Shown: positions 38,764 through 48,564 of the stretch, one piece after another | Numbering within the stretch: the stretch's first letter is position 1 | Layout: every line of letters starts with the position of its first letter | Origin: Candidatus Dadabacteria bacterium | GTDB lineage: Bacteria; Desulfobacterota_D; UBA1144; Nemesobacterales; CSP1-2 | Assembly (NCBI GenBank): GCA_963805855.1 | Contig: CAWDVW010000003.1 | Location: forward strand, 17,151-81,150 | Direction: 5' to 3' | DNA length: 64,000 bases | The notes under the pieces: generated by a model | Seen by the model: the letters and a program-made list of their open reading frames with translations, nothing else | Told to the model about the DNA's origin: nothing | Database searches by the model: none | Translations under genes and position numbers: made by a program

Positions 38764-39284
38764 AAATGAAGCGGGAATTTGATTCAATTATATTCAAGTT
38801 AACACAATTTGCTTACAATTTGGTATGTTGAGAAGTATTTTGAGAAGGATTACAAGATCGATGCGGCGAGTTACTTGCGCCATGTTCGCATGGATGAGAG
38901 TTAGATATGTTCTTGTTGTTGTAGGATCCTAATTACAATTGTATACTGGATTCGAGAGCCGGCTCAGGTAATCGGGTAATATTATCAGTCTATCTGTTGA
39001 TCCGATTTCCAAATGGAATGGCGGGGATTTTTTTCAGGTCGCGTTCTACTGCTGGCATCAGGTCACTCGATTTCATAAACGAATAGGGTATCTTAGGTAA
39101 TATAGGTTTAGTTTACTAATATTTGTTCCTGTTATAATCGGAGAGTAGATAAAGCCAGTGATTGATAGTTGAAGTAAAGCTCACTTGAGTTTGATGAAAC
39201 GGCAGAAGTTAATCTTAATCAAATTAGACCAGTCAGGAGAATTCAAGTGTACTCATTCTCAAAGGTATCCAGAAAGGAGCATGC

Positions 39285-40499
39285 GTGAGTAGGTTACTCG
39301 TTTGTTTTATCAGGGGTATGGATCTTCGTAGGATCCAAGAGCAAACAACTCCCTACATCAACGATTTATTGAAATCTTTTCCATGGGTGAGAATTAGCAC
39401 TATTCCCACTCCTGAGCTGACGCAAACTATATTTACTGGGCAGTACCCACATGAGCACGGCATGTGGGAAGTCGAGTTAAAATCAGATTCCGACTTGCTT
39501 GCGAAGAATAAGATCGTAGACAAAATTCCAGATTTTCTGACAACTACTTTTCAGTGTCTAATACATCTTGCCACAAAGTCTTTCGATCTGGCGGCTATTC
39601 CACCATGGAGACGAAGGCGATTTGAGGTGAGCAGATATAAGTATTTTCGTAAGCCCTTGGATGAATTCTTTAAACATCAAAAGGTAGTGTCTATCTTCGA
39701 TATCATCGGAACAGGAAAATTTATCCATTTGTGGACAAACAAATATAATGACATGAATAAATTACTCACTAATCTTCGTTCTGATAATCATGAACTCGAG
39801 TGGCTGGATCTTTATTTTCTCGACCAGCTCCAGCATTGGTATCTAGATGATGGGGTTAAGATCCGAAAATTTTATAGGGAAGTCGATCAGTTTGTAGAAA
39901 GACTTCATTATCAATGTCAAAAGACCAATGTATCATTGATGCTCCTTTCAGATCATGGAATGGAGCCTGTTAAGGGAAGTATTGATATTAAATCGAAGCT
40001 AGAAAAATTAGAAATATCGAGTGAGGAATACACTTATTTTATAGAAGCTCCGGTAGCCAGGTTTTGGTTCCATACCGAAAGAGCCCGCTCAAAGATCCTT
40101 AATATGTTGTCATCAGTTGAGCACGGGAAAGTGCAAAACTACAGGGACTTGCAAGAATATAAAATAGAATTTCACGACCCTAAATACGGCGAAACTTATT
40201 TCAGAGTGGATCATGGCTATATAATTTTTCCTCATGACTTTTATCACCCACTGGCTAATGTATTCTTGGGATTAACCGATTGGCAACAGAGGAGCCGGAT
40301 ATTAAATCCGAAGCATAGAGGTTACCACGGTTATCCACCGAATAATGAATCCGAAAAGGGGTTCATGATTCTTTTGGATGCTCGTTATAGGACCACCAAG
40401 AAAGAAGTAGGGATTATAGATGTTGCTCCTACTGTGTTGGGGTTGCTGGGATACCAAATGCCGGATTGTATGAAGGGTAACTGTGTTTTTGCTAGCTAA
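39285..40499 (+). CDS. Alkaline phosphatase superfamily (NPP-like) protein, paralog 1
   Basis: TGQYPHEHG, DQLQH, LSDHGM, GYHG, DVAPTVL. Confidence 0.85.
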   Translation: MSRLLVCFIRGMDLRRIQEQTTPYINDLLKSFPWVRISTIPTPELTQTIFTGQYPHEHGMWEVELKSDSDLLAKNKIVDKIPDFLTTTFQCLIHLATKSFDLAAIPPWRRRRFEVSRYKYFRKPLDEFFKHQKVVSIFDIIGTGKFIHLWTNKYNDMNKLLTNLRSDNHELEWLDLYFLDQLQHWYLDDGVKIRKFYREVDQFVERLHYQCQKTNVSLMLLSDHGMEPVKGSIDIKSKLEKLEISSEEYTYFIEAPVARFWFHTERARSKILNMLSSVEHGKVQNYRDLQEYKIEFHDPKYGETYFRVDHGYIIFPHDFYHPLANVFLGLTDWQQRSRILNPKHRGYHGYPPNNESEKGFMILLDARYRTTKKEVGIIDVAPTVLGLLGYQMPDCMKGNCVFAS

Positions 40500-40565
40500 A
40501 AATCGGATTTTCCTCCACCAGTCTTCTAATTTCAATATAATATCGCATACTCTTTAGCTATTCTT

Positions 40566-41534
40566 ATGGGCACCAAAAGAGCGTTTTTTGTAGGGATTAG
40601 ATTTCTGATTGCCTCTGCAATTCTTTACTTTCTTTTCAGTCGGATACCCTTGTCTAAAGTTATCTCTACATTGGCTTCGACAAAGTTAAACTACCTCATA
40701 TTTGCCTCAATCCTAACAATTCTCTCCCAAGTAATTTTCGCATACAGGCTTAGGTGTTTCACAAGTATGCAGGAAATATCTCTTACAGCGTTACAGGTCT
40801 TTGAAATTAATCTTGCAGCGGCATTTTATGGGCTTTTTTTGCCAGGGGGGAACTTGACGGGAGGAGCGATTCGTTTTTACAAGCTATCAGGAAATGATAA
40901 AAAGATTGCAGAAGCCTTTACATCACTTGCGTTAGATCGAATTACTGCAACTATCGCGCTTTGTCTGGTAGGTATAGTCTTTTGGCTGATTCATCCTCCA
41001 TCGGATTCGGATTACATAGTTATCAGCATGGTGGCTATTTTGTTTATATTGATCGTATCAATCGTGATCGTAATGATTAGCAGAAGAGCAATACAACTAT
41101 CAAAAATGGTTGATTTAAATAAAGTCTCGTTTATTGCTTCAACCTTGAGGAAGTTTTTTGATACCATTGATCGCTTTAGGAATTATACAATTCCGGCTAT
41201 AGTTTTCATTCTTGGCATTTCAATAATTTCTCAGATTATCGGGATAATTGTTTACTATATGATGGCCTTGTCGATAGATATTGAAATATCCTTTTTTGCT
41301 ATGGGCTGGATACGTTCTGCGGTCCTGCTGGTTCTGATTATTCCTATTTCAATATCTGGGCTGGGACTAAGGGAGGTGTCTCTACTATTCCTATTAAGGC
41401 CTTATGGTGTTGAAGATGATAAAGCCCTGGCATTATCTCTGGTTATTTTCGGGGTTACAACAGTATTGATTGGTTTAATAGGAGGATTACTAGAATTGAG
41501 AAAATTTTTATTACAAAGCTTTTCAAGCGCTTAG
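40566..41534 (+). CDS. Lysylphosphatidylglycerol-synthase TM / flippase-like membrane protein
   Basis: FLPGG..GGAIR, LDR, PISISGLGLRE motifs; multi-TM. Confidence 0.85.
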   Translation: MGTKRAFFVGIRFLIASAILYFLFSRIPLSKVISTLASTKLNYLIFASILTILSQVIFAYRLRCFTSMQEISLTALQVFEINLAAAFYGLFLPGGNLTGGAIRFYKLSGNDKKIAEAFTSLALDRITATIALCLVGIVFWLIHPPSDSDYIVISMVAILFILIVSIVIVMISRRAIQLSKMVDLNKVSFIASTLRKFFDTIDRFRNYTIPAIVFILGISIISQIIGIIVYYMMALSIDIEISFFAMGWIRSAVLLVLIIPISISGLGLREVSLLFLLRPYGVEDDKALALSLVIFGVTTVLIGLIGGLLELRKFLLQSFSSA

Positions 41535-41570
41535 GTCAGGTTAGGTACGAAACAAGAGTGGAGGATTAGT

Positions 41571-42551
41571 GTGAAGATTTTAGTGACTGGAGGCACAGGA
41601 TTCACGGGTCGTCATCTTTGCAAGCGACTTATCAGCAATGGCTTGCCAGTAAGGGCTTTAGTGCGGGATCTCAAACGCGCGAACGAATTGAAAAAGTGGG
41701 GAGTTGAGCTAATCTTGGGGGATATCCGTGATCAAAATTCCCTTGAAAGAGCTACGCTGGGAGTGGATCTAATATACAACATTGCTGCCGTTTATCGCAA
41801 GCAAAACGCAACACGTAGGGAGTTATGGGAAACGAATTTTCAGGGGACGAAAAACTTGCTTGACGCAGCAATAGACGCAGGAGTAAAACGGTTTGTTCAT
41901 TGCAGCACTGTTGGGGTACACGGTCATATTGTAAGCCCTCCCGGCGATGAGAATAGTCCGTATGCGCCCGGAGACAGTTATCAACAATCAAAAGCTGAGG
42001 GAGAACGTATAGTAAATCAATATATGAAAGAACATAAAATCCCTATAGTCATATTTCGGCCATGTGGTATATATGGACCCGGAGACTTGAGATTTTTAAA
42101 ATTATTCAAAGCTATAAAAAGAGGGATGTTTTTGATTATTGGGTCCGGAGAAGTGTACTATCATATGATATTTATTAATGATCTTATTGAAGGAATATTG
42201 TTGTGCGGTAGCAAAAAAGAAGCGATTGGAAATGTGTATATTTTAGGTGGCGAAACATATGTAACAATAAATCAACTTGTTAAGATTATAGCCGAAGTGC
42301 TCGATGTAAATGTTCCTCGCTTCCATATTCCTTTTACGCTGACTTATTTTGCCGGCATTTTGTGCGAATTTATTTGCAAACCGTTGGGTATAAATCCGCC
42401 ATTGTATAGAAGGAGAGTCGATTTCTTCAGAAAGAACAGGGCCTTTGATATCTCAAAGGCAAAGCATTCGCTTGGTTTTCAACCTAAAACGGACTTGAAG
42501 ACCGGGATCAGAAAGACTGCTGACTGGTACTTCAAAGAAGGTTTACTTTAA
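41571..42551 (+). CDS. NAD-dependent epimerase/dehydratase
   Basis: VTGGTGFTG, CSTVGV, YQQSK, RPCGIYGPGD. Confidence 0.93.
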   Translation: MKILVTGGTGFTGRHLCKRLISNGLPVRALVRDLKRANELKKWGVELILGDIRDQNSLERATLGVDLIYNIAAVYRKQNATRRELWETNFQGTKNLLDAAIDAGVKRFVHCSTVGVHGHIVSPPGDENSPYAPGDSYQQSKAEGERIVNQYMKEHKIPIVIFRPCGIYGPGDLRFLKLFKAIKRGMFLIIGSGEVYYHMIFINDLIEGILLCGSKKEAIGNVYILGGETYVTINQLVKIIAEVLDVNVPRFHIPFTLTYFAGILCEFICKPLGINPPLYRRRVDFFRKNRAFDISKAKHSLGFQPKTDLKTGIRKTADWYFKEGLL

Positions 42552-42809
42552 TAAACATCAATGAGTCAACTGAACAAGTTTTCTTAATGAACATAAGCAT
42601 TATTTATATATTATTTTATGATGCATGATAGACATTTAAAAATTCATAAGCCCAATATAAATGTATATTTTTTTTGGCACCTGATTAGTTAGGGAGTGAT
42701 GAATTCCTAATCCATGAAACCAATAATTGATTTCCGAGGATTCTTAAATTAGCTGATTTAATCCTGGCCCGGTTTACCGACATATCAATTGCAGACTAAT
42801 TTAAAGTTA

Positions 42810-43480
42810 ATGTATTCAACGTCAAGGCAGTTAAAGTGCGTGGATTTGATCCCAAGAAAATCTGGGTCGTACATAATCGTATGTTTGGAGGAGATTTTAA
42901 AATCCCTGAGGTGATCCTAATTATATCTCTGAATCAAGAACTATGAAAAGGTTCTGACATTAAAATCGCAGTAAAAGTTACTAGCCTAAGTGAATAAGAA
43001 GTTAGCAGATATATTATTGAAGAAACACGGGATGTGTTAGATGTTTTCCCAATACTAGGTCTAGAGTTGTTGGTGATGGCCCAGATCGAATAGCTCTCAA
43101 GAGATTTGGCATAAGAAATCCATTCATTTTTTTTAAAGAAAATGAGAGAAGGTCAACCAATTTACACTCAGACCATCTAATATGCTCGCGCATTGGTTTG
43201 CCCTAGGCAACCCAGGAATGAGATTATTTCCGCATTGGAGGACATGGCCTGAGTTTTTCAAATGTATCTGGTGTGCTCCGATGGACTTCTAATTCAGAAA
43301 ATTCAGATTTTTTAAACGCTTTTAAGGCCAGGTGTTAAGTTGAGCTAGGGACGTATGTTCTAGAACTGTTTTTTGGCTTTTGACCCCGTCTCTGATATTT
43401 TTACTGGAAAATGAAAAAGAAATTTGTTTCAGCCCGCAGAAGAAAAGAAGGCTCCCTCGAAGATAACTCCTCATCGTCAG
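42810..43480 (+). pseudogene. Heavily decayed GT4 glycosyltransferase remnant
   Basis: Fragments in mixed frames: RGFDPKKIWVVHN, RVVGDGPDRIAL and ISALEDMA*, in the normal GT4 order. Confidence 0.55.
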
Positions 43481-43566
43481 AATAGAATTTGACATGAAAA
43501 TATAAGTATGTATGTGTCAATCACAAATTTAAAGGTAACGAAAACTTAATAAAAAACAAACTATTA

Positions 43567-44454
43567 ATGATAAGAGAAATTAAAAAGGGACTATTTGATT
43601 TTTTAATATACATCTCGGTGTGTATCAGAAAGATTGATTCTTTTAATAAGTTTTTAATGCCAGAAAGTCATTTGCGAAAAGTTTTAGTAAATTTTAGAAA
43701 GAAAATAGGATCAATGTTAGTGGGCGAAGTGTATTGCGAAGCTAATATCTATGGAACAAAGATAAAAATGATAGACAACAGGACACTTGATTATTATTAC
43801 TTCTTTTCTCGAGGTGAAATATACGAGCCCTCTTTTACACTCCAGCTAAAAGCACTCTTAAAAGAATCAGAGTTTCCTACTTTCGTGGATGTGGGTGCTC
43901 ATTATGGTTACTTTACCATATATGCTGCTTTTATAGTAGGTTCCCGGGGACAGGTGATATCAATTGAACCACACCCAAAATTCTATAGACGACTACTGCA
44001 AAATATTGAAATAAATCGTCTGAATGAGAATGTTCGTACATTTAATGTAGCATTATCCGAAAAGGAGGGTAAGGGAATGATGGAAGGTTTTGATGAAAGA
44101 GTTTTCAAAGAAGTAGAGACTGGTAATGTGCAGGTGCTTACATTCGATCAACTTTGTGAAAAAGAGAATATAAGGCCTGATATCGTAAAGATTGACGTCC
44201 ATGGGTCAGAAGGAAAAGTTCTTTCCGGAATGTCAAAAACGCTCAAAAATGATGTTAAACATTTATTCTGCGAGCTACATAATGATATGCATGGGTATAC
44301 AGTTGGAAACATTATTCAAACGTTGGAAACTGCCGGCCTAAATGTGTTCGAGTTCACAAAACACCGCGATAAATATAGTGGTGAAATTGTTGCCATAAGT
44401 GATTATTTATTTATAAGCCATAATGACAGAATGCTTTATGCACGAAGAAAGTGA
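43567..44454 (+). CDS. FkbM-family methyltransferase
   Basis: YEP, FVDVGAHYGYF, SIEP, VKIDVHGSE. Confidence 0.9.
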   Translation: MIREIKKGLFDFLIYISVCIRKIDSFNKFLMPESHLRKVLVNFRKKIGSMLVGEVYCEANIYGTKIKMIDNRTLDYYYFFSRGEIYEPSFTLQLKALLKESEFPTFVDVGAHYGYFTIYAAFIVGSRGQVISIEPHPKFYRRLLQNIEINRLNENVRTFNVALSEKEGKGMMEGFDERVFKEVETGNVQVLTFDQLCEKENIRPDIVKIDVHGSEGKVLSGMSKTLKNDVKHLFCELHNDMHGYTVGNIIQTLETAGLNVFEFTKHRDKYSGEIVAISDYLFISHNDRMLYARRK

Positions 44455-44623
44455 AATTAATGTTCACAGTGCGAATTTACAAAACGTATCCTTTATTTAC
44501 AAATCAAAGCACTACTATTATAATTACCAACGTAATTTAACAGTAAGTGTTGATACTAAACGAAGTATTCCTCTTAACAAAAAACACTCTCCTCATAGCT
44601 ATTTGGGAAGGAAAGATCTCAGT

Positions 44624-45367
44624 ATGAAAAAAGATATTATTTTTTTAAAAAGCCCTGCCTCGATAGATAGCTTTGAATTTAACTCCGAAGTCGCTGAAGC
44701 ATTTGATGACATGATAACACGCAGTGTGCCATTTTACCTTGAACAACAAGAGATGATCAAGGAGATTGGTAAGAAGTTTTTTATCCCAGGCACTAAAGTC
44801 TATGATCTTGGATGCTCTACAGCAACCACCCTCATTAACCTTTGTCGAGAAATCGGACAACAAGCTTGTTTTATTGGATATGATTCCTCACTCCCTATGC
44901 TAAAGCAGGCAAATCATAAGATTAAGAAGCATGGATTGGAGGATCTCATCGAGGTTCGATATGGAAACCTTGATGAGGAAATATCAAAGTTGAATCTCGA
45001 TAATGCCAGTGTTGTCACTATGTGCTGGACACTTCAGTTTGTTCGTCCATTAGGACGAGACAATCTAATAAAATGGATTTACAACTCACTGGTTGAAGAA
45101 GGGATTTTAATCGTAACCGAGAAAATTCTCACAAACGACAGCCACATGAATCGCTTTTTTGTAGATCTATACTATGATTTTAAGAAGCGAAACGGATATA
45201 CCGAGATGGAAATAATGCGAAAGAGAGAGGCACTCGAAAATGTACTCATTCCCTACCGGATCGATGAGGACCTAGGATTATTCAGAAGAAATGGTTTTGA
45301 AATCGTTGACACCTTTTTTCAATTTTATAACTTTGCAGCTTTCCTTTGCATAAAAAAAACTGTCTAG
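44624..45367 (+). CDS. cmoA: Carboxy-S-adenosylmethionine synthase CmoA-like protein
   Basis: FEFNSEVAEAFDDMITRSVPFY, YDLGCS, TLQFV, FKKRNGY, KREALENVL. ATG 44624 follows an AGGAAAG SD-like site. Confidence 0.85.
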   Translation: MKKDIIFLKSPASIDSFEFNSEVAEAFDDMITRSVPFYLEQQEMIKEIGKKFFIPGTKVYDLGCSTATTLINLCREIGQQACFIGYDSSLPMLKQANHKIKKHGLEDLIEVRYGNLDEEISKLNLDNASVVTMCWTLQFVRPLGRDNLIKWIYNSLVEEGILIVTEKILTNDSHMNRFFVDLYYDFKKRNGYTEMEIMRKREALENVLIPYRIDEDLGLFRRNGFEIVDTFFQFYNFAAFLCIKKTV

Positions 45368-45491
45368 ATCCGATTCGTTTAAGCAAAAAAGAGGAATGCA
45401 TCTTCTATTTCCGAAATATTGAAATATAGAGTTGCTTCACGACTAAAATACATAAGTTATATTAACCAGAGTCAATGCCTTTTGAGGAACA

Positions 45492-47183
45492 ATGAGGCGA
45501 AACATATCTACTTTTACTTATACCAAGTATGATCTCATCGTCGTTGGTGGTGGTATATTCGGAATTTGTGCTACATGGGATGCTGCTCTTAGAGGCCTTT
45601 CCGTGGCTCTCTTGGAACGTGGTGATTTCGCTCACGCGACTTCAGCCAATTGCTTTAAAATAGTTCACGGTGGGATACGTTACCTTCAGCACTCCGATTT
45701 CTCCCGTGTCAGAGAATCCCTTAAAGAGCTTAACACTCTGCTCCGCATTGCGCCACACCAGGTTTATCCCATTCCTTTCGTCGTCCCAACTTATGGCCAT
45801 GGAATGCAGGGCAAATTGGTGTTGAAGGCAGGTCAGCTTCTATATAATCTGGTCACTTTTGATAGAAACCAAGGGATCATCGATCCGCATAGGAAAATTC
45901 CATTAGGGTACGCAATTTCCAGGCGAGATTGCCTTGAATTGTTCCCGGGTTTGAGTGGGAATAGACTCACTGGGGCGGTGATTTTCTACGATGGGCAAAT
46001 GTATAGTCCGGCAAGGCTTGCACTAGCTTATCTCAAGTCTGCCGTAGATGCGGGTGCCGACGCAGGAAATTACATTGAGGTGAAAGGCTTTCTCCGCCGG
46101 GGAGAGGCTATAGTGGGGGTCGAGGCGGAGGATAAAATGACTGGGGAGAAGGTGGAAATTTTGGGTAAAGTAGTGCTAAATGCTGCCGGCCCTTGGGCAG
46201 AGAGAATGATCAGGGGTCAGATGGGTCTGCAACAAACTCCAGAGCTTTGTTACACAAGGGATGCATTCATTGTTGTTGATAAGCCTTTAGTGAATAAATA
46301 CGCACTTGCTGTACTGGGTAGGGGAAAGGATCCAGCTGCTTCGTTCAGCAGGGGACGCCGTCATCTCTTCATTATACCATGGCGGGGATACACCATAGTT
46401 GGTATTTGGCATTCGGTCTATAAAGGTGAGCCAGATGAATTTACGGTTAGTGAAAGGGATCTTCAATGGTTCGTTGACGAAATCAATGAAGCTTATCCCC
46501 CAATATCACTCAGTCTGAATGACATTTCAACGTGGAATGCGGGGATTGTACCATCTGGCGATAACGAATATGGAGCTACCAACCTTACTTACGCAAAGAG
46601 GTCACTGGTTATAGATCACGCTAAGGACCACAATGTCGAAGGTCTATTAACTGTAATAGGCATACGCTACACAACTTCCAGGAGGGTTGCAGAAAGGGTT
46701 GTGGACTTAGTGTTTAGAAAATTGGGTAAAGAGCCACCGAAATGTGAAACGGCAGTGACTCCGATTTATGGTGGTCAAATCGAAGATTTCGAAGAGTTTG
46801 TTTCTAATGCTCTCAAGAGTGGCAAACATGGTCTGAGCCCCGAAATCATTAGAGCTCTAGTCCACAATCACGGATCTCAGTACCATAACGTTATCAAGTA
46901 CATCGAAGATGATCCAACATTGGCCGGTCCGGTGGGGACGTCAATAGTAACAAAGGCGGAAATATTGCACGCGGTACGGCAAGAGATGGCTCAGAAGTTA
47001 GGTGATGTCGTATTCAGGCGGACAGACCTTGGTTCCGCGGGACACCCGGGAGAGTCCGAAATTAGAATATGTGCTGATATAATGGCAAAGGAATTGGGGT
47101 GGAATGAGATAAGAATAAGAACTGAAATAGATGAGGTAAATTCCGCTTATTCTCTATTCAATCTACGAGTCCCAAGAGCGTAA
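45492..47183 (+). CDS. Glycerol-3-phosphate dehydrogenase/oxidase-like FAD oxidoreductase
   Basis: VVGGGIFG, DAALRGL, ATSAN..KIVHGGIRYL, NAAGPW, EMAQKLGDVVFRRT. Confidence 0.88.
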   Translation: MRRNISTFTYTKYDLIVVGGGIFGICATWDAALRGLSVALLERGDFAHATSANCFKIVHGGIRYLQHSDFSRVRESLKELNTLLRIAPHQVYPIPFVVPTYGHGMQGKLVLKAGQLLYNLVTFDRNQGIIDPHRKIPLGYAISRRDCLELFPGLSGNRLTGAVIFYDGQMYSPARLALAYLKSAVDAGADAGNYIEVKGFLRRGEAIVGVEAEDKMTGEKVEILGKVVLNAAGPWAERMIRGQMGLQQTPELCYTRDAFIVVDKPLVNKYALAVLGRGKDPAASFSRGRRHLFIIPWRGYTIVGIWHSVYKGEPDEFTVSERDLQWFVDEINEAYPPISLSLNDISTWNAGIVPSGDNEYGATNLTYAKRSLVIDHAKDHNVEGLLTVIGIRYTTSRRVAERVVDLVFRKLGKEPPKCETAVTPIYGGQIEDFEEFVSNALKSGKHGLSPEIIRALVHNHGSQYHNVIKYIEDDPTLAGPVGTSIVTKAEILHAVRQEMAQKLGDVVFRRTDLGSAGHPGESEIRICADIMAKELGWNEIRIRTEIDEVNSAYSLFNLRVPRA

Positions 47184-47211
47184 TATGAATGTAATCTAAA
47201 AGGACGCCATA

Positions 47212-48447
47212 TTGAAGAAACTACTTTTCTGCTATATAGATGGAATGGATTTACGACGAATAGATCGAACTAATGCACCCTTCGTCTCTGATATACTTAA
47301 ATCACAACATGGCGTGCATATAACGAGCCCTCCAAGTTCTGATTCGCTGCCGACTTTATTGACCGGCGCTTACCCATCAGAGCATGGGATGTTTGGAGTG
47401 AAATTGAAGCCCAATACTTCACGATCACGAATTACAAAAATCATCGACCAAATACCTGATGTTCTGACTACTACTGCACAATGCATGTTCCACGTCCTTA
47501 CTGGGTCATACGATTTATCTGCGATTCCTCCGAAACGGCGAAGGCGTTTTCAAATTTTAAGGACGCACCAGGATAAGAAATATAAAAAAACCGAAAATCT
47601 TCTGCAATTCGGTGGTCTTAAATCATGCTTGGGAGCGGTAGGGATGGAAAAATGTCGTTATATATATAGTCGAACCTCTGACCCTCTGCAAGATTTAATA
47701 CATAAAATTGGATCAGGCAAACATATCTTCGAATTTGTCCATCTCTACTCATTCGATTTATTGCAGAGGTGGGGCTTAGACAGAGCGGAAAAGATCGAAT
47801 GGATCTACGAGTACTTTGACAGTTTTGTAAGGAGTGTTTATGAAAAATGTAATAATAATGACATAACGCTCCTTCTCTTTTCAGACCATGGTTATGACCA
47901 AATACAGGGTTACATCGATCTCAAGCAGAGGTTAAAGATACTTGGTTTATCCGAGGAGGAATATACCTATTTCATAGAGTTATCTATGGCTAGATTTTGG
48001 TTTTTTTCAGATAGGGCACGTAATATAATTGTCAGAATGCTCCGAGAGATACCAAATTCCGGATTTTTCTCTTGGAAGGACCTTCAACAGTTCAATATAT
48101 CATTCAATGATCCACAATACGGTGAAGCCTTTATAATGAGTCACCCAGGCTTTGCGTTCTTTCCACATGACTTTCATCAACCTATCGCAAATCTATTTTT
48201 AGGTGTTACAGATCCTAAACAGAGGCCACGTTTGTTTAATCCAAGGCACAGAGGAGAGCATTGCCTGCTACCCAATTTCGAATCAGCTAAGGGTTTTATG
48301 CTACTCTTAAGTAGGGATTACGAGTCTTGTAAGAAGGAAGCAGACTTAATAGATGTTTCCCCAACTATACTCGAGATACTGGGTATTGAAAAACCAGATA
48401 CGATGTTTGGATCACCCGTGTTTAAAGCTAGGGAAAATCTAAATTAA
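47212..48447 (+). CDS. Alkaline phosphatase superfamily (NPP-like) protein, paralog 2
   Basis: IDGMD, TGAYPSEHG, FSDHG, ARFWF, FPHDF, DVSPTIL. Confidence 0.85.
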   Translation: MKKLLFCYIDGMDLRRIDRTNAPFVSDILKSQHGVHITSPPSSDSLPTLLTGAYPSEHGMFGVKLKPNTSRSRITKIIDQIPDVLTTTAQCMFHVLTGSYDLSAIPPKRRRRFQILRTHQDKKYKKTENLLQFGGLKSCLGAVGMEKCRYIYSRTSDPLQDLIHKIGSGKHIFEFVHLYSFDLLQRWGLDRAEKIEWIYEYFDSFVRSVYEKCNNNDITLLLFSDHGYDQIQGYIDLKQRLKILGLSEEEYTYFIELSMARFWFFSDRARNIIVRMLREIPNSGFFSWKDLQQFNISFNDPQYGEAFIMSHPGFAFFPHDFHQPIANLFLGVTDPKQRPRLFNPRHRGEHCLLPNFESAKGFMLLLSRDYESCKKEADLIDVSPTILEILGIEKPDTMFGSPVFKARENLN

Positions 48448-48564
48448 ATCCTAATATTGGGAACCTCGTGCGTTCGTTAAGGTGATTGCTAGGATGTTAC
48501 TGTATAATTCAGGTTCATATTTAGCTTTGCAGGAATTATTCTATAGATAAGTCATTTCCTGAAT

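Noticed and set aside
44423-44623. 67-aa N-terminal extension of CmoA
   Set aside because: AT-rich, overlaps the FkbM stop and is not CmoA-like; ATG 44624 gives the normal length.
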